From: Nemertoderma westbladi
Lineage: Eukaryota; Animalia; Xenacoelomorpha
Direction: 5' to 3'
Assembly (NCBI GenBank): GCA_032718475.1
Contig: JAUCBJ010005615.1
Location: forward strand, 14,354-78,353
DNA length: 64,000 nucleotides
Shown here: in pieces, positions 61,799 through 64,000 of the stretch
Layout of the letters: each line of letters opens with the position of its first letter
Position numbering within the stretch: position 1 is the stretch's first letter
The notes under the pieces: generated by a model
What the model saw: the letters and a program-made list of their open reading frames with translations, nothing else
Databases searched by the model: none
What the model was told of the DNA's origin: nothing
Program-made: the position numbers and the translations under genes

Positions 61799-63019
61799 TT
61801 TATGTTGCATTATAAAACAAAATAAATATGTCACGCGCAGTACGTGACATACACTTATGTTAAGTATCAACAAAAAAGATTGACAAGGAAAATATATATA
61901 AGCAGATTTCCCCTGCTACCCCATAGCGGCAGACTGGGTTGACTGCAGGCGGTTTAAGACCTCACAAAAACTGGGTCTACAAAATATGAGCCAAGTGTCA
62001 ATCAGAAAGAAAGAATTATAATAATACGAAATGTTTCATTTCAGACATTTCACCCTCTAAAGGTACAATAGAGATCTGTAGATGGATTAGCGCCCCCATA
62101 AAGACCCAGAAGTGTTCTAAGGCCTAGTACCAGCCCTCCCAACCAAAAAAATCGATGAAAAAAAGGAATTTCTATTTAAAAAAAAAGGAAAAAATGGATA
62201 GGATGCAGTTCAAAAAAAGGACAAAAAGGATCGGATACGGTTCAAAAAAGGGAAAAACTGAATTGATATTATCTTTAAAAAAAGGGTAGTAAACATTATA
62301 TTTCATTAACCTTATATGGCCTATTGAGAAACGCCACTGTATTAAATGACAGGAAGAGATCAAAGTAAATAAAAAAAAGTAGAAACACAGAAAGAGAACG
62401 ACAATGGCAATATAATTATTATAAATCAACATATCAATGAATTTACACCTTTTTTGCCTAGTTATCAGAGATGGTTGAGCTCGGCCGATTGATGGTCATT
62501 GATAGAGGTTTATCAAACGGTTGTAAATAGTTAGTTACGGATTTCCGGTCGTGGCAACATTTATATAAATAACAAAAATGTTTTTAGACGCAATCAAAAT
62601 TCAACCATCTCCAGGGGAAAACGGATGCAAATAACAGCTGATTACGAGCAAAATGAATCTGTAACCATTTTTATAGGTTATACTTTATTGTTTTGGTTAG
62701 AATATACTGCGCCACTGCAACATGTTCCTTTCTCTAAATTGAAAATCAACAATGTTAATTCACCAAGGCGGGTTTTGTGTCAATCATAATATATCCCCCC
62801 TCAGAAAATAAATATATTAAAGTCCCCTCCGATGCTACATTTTTATAGTAGCTTAGCTTGTGATTTTTGTCAAAATAAACATACCGGTACTCAAAATAAA
62901 AATCGCATTATTACTGTATTATGCCCGTCAGTCTCTGTTATAAGCTTGTCAATATCATCAGCAAGCTGAAGTTGATCTTCTGAACCAAAAAAAGAGGAAA
63001 AAAATGTGTGAAAATGGAT

Positions 63020-63300
63020 AAAAAAAGGGAACGTTCTAAAAAAAAGGAAAAAAAGGAAACGTTCTAAAAAAAAGGAAAAAAAGGAAACGTTCTAAAAAAA
63101 AGGAAAAAAAGGAAACGTTCTAAAAAAAGGAAAAAAAGGAAACGTTCTAAAAAAAGGAAAAAAAGGAAACGTTCTAAAAAAAAGGAAAAAAGGAAACGTT
63201 CTAAAAAAAGGAAAAAAAGGAAACGTTCTAAAAAAAGGAAAAAAAGGAAACGTTCTAAAAAAAAGGAAAAAAAGGAAACGTTCTAAAATAAAGGAAAAAC
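63020..63300. repeat. About 30-bp A-rich tandem repeat (AAAAAAGGAAACGTTCTAAAAAAAGG), about 9 copies
   Basis: Directly visible. Confidence 0.92.
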
Positions 63301-63463
63301 AAGGGAAAAATGGAAACTCTGGGAGGCCATTAGTACATACATCATATATGCCAAGATTCGCTTAAACGAATTAAAATTACGGAGATGGCAGAAGGTTTAC
63401 ATAAACCTAGGTGGCAGATTAGAGAGCTGCAGACCGATTCTGGTTCCTCGATTTCCAACTCAC

Positions 63464-63651
63464 CTGATACTTCCACCTTGTAATCGGATCTCCTTGGAGG
63501 ATAACCGCCCCCTCGTCCGCCACGCGACATGAACCCTCCACCCCTAAAGCCCCCTCCACCTGCCCCCCTCCCACCTCGGGGGAACTCGACTCGGAGTTTG
63601 TATCCGTCGTAGTTGTAACCATTCCTTCCGTAAACAGCATCTTCGGCGTCC
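63464..63651 (-). CDS. SRSF1: SR splicing factor SRSF1/SRSF9 family, internal exon (end of RRM1 + Gly-rich linker); first exon lies beyond the window end
   Basis: TCTGTTTAG|G GAC GCC GAA...: [27 protein letters not shown]...[12 protein letters not shown], then donor G|GTGAGT. 188 nt, phase 2 to phase 1. Confidence 0.93.
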
Positions 63652-64000
63652 CTAAACAGATATTGGTTATTATATATTTAAGAATATTAATTAATTATGG
63701 ACTTACTGTAAGTAAATAAATAATCATTAGTTTTTTATTAAAGCTAGTACACAATAATTAAACGGTACAGATATAGTCACATACAAATCAACGATTAGTT
63801 AAAGGAGTTCAACATTGGAATTATTAAAATATCAATAAAATATACATTGATACTAACTGACAAAGACTGCTAGCTAAAAATAGTTACATACAACATGTGT
63901 ATGCTTTGAGGATAGCCTCATGAGGTTAAACCTCGTTTCCATTAGGGTCCTCGAATTTTCTACTGTATTATAACAAATATTAGGCTAGTGTTAATAGTTA

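Overview
This is an AT-rich, repeat-dense animal genomic window, probably a marine invertebrate, with canonical GT-AG introns. It is not prokaryotic. Four conserved genes are supported: SPTLC2-type serine palmitoyltransferase (minus strand, 2 coding exons), intronless GCSH (+), intronless RIOX1/NO66 (+), and the last three coding exons of an SRSF1/9-type SR splicing factor (minus). RIOX1 is nested antisense inside the 10.9-kb last SRSF intron. The rest is an 11.7-kb BEL/Pao LTR retrotransposon (near-identical 1.79-kb LTRs, TTATA TSD, broken gag, decayed integrase remnant), many non-autonomous DNA transposons with readable TIRs/TSDs (hAT, MULE, PIF/Harbinger, Ginger1-like, HINE-like), a family of hairpin/palindrome elements, and several minisatellite arrays. 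Most notable are tandem arrays built from splice signals. The SPTLC2 intron carries 9 tandem [donor...acceptor + 8-9-nt micro-exon] units. The SRSF 3' splice site is preceded by about 50 AG-free branch/pyrimidine units. Also notable are a candidate SRSF poison exon and a strong excess of TA-xxx(x)-TA palindromic motifs that look like transposon excision footprints. All calls were made by eye, without database searches.
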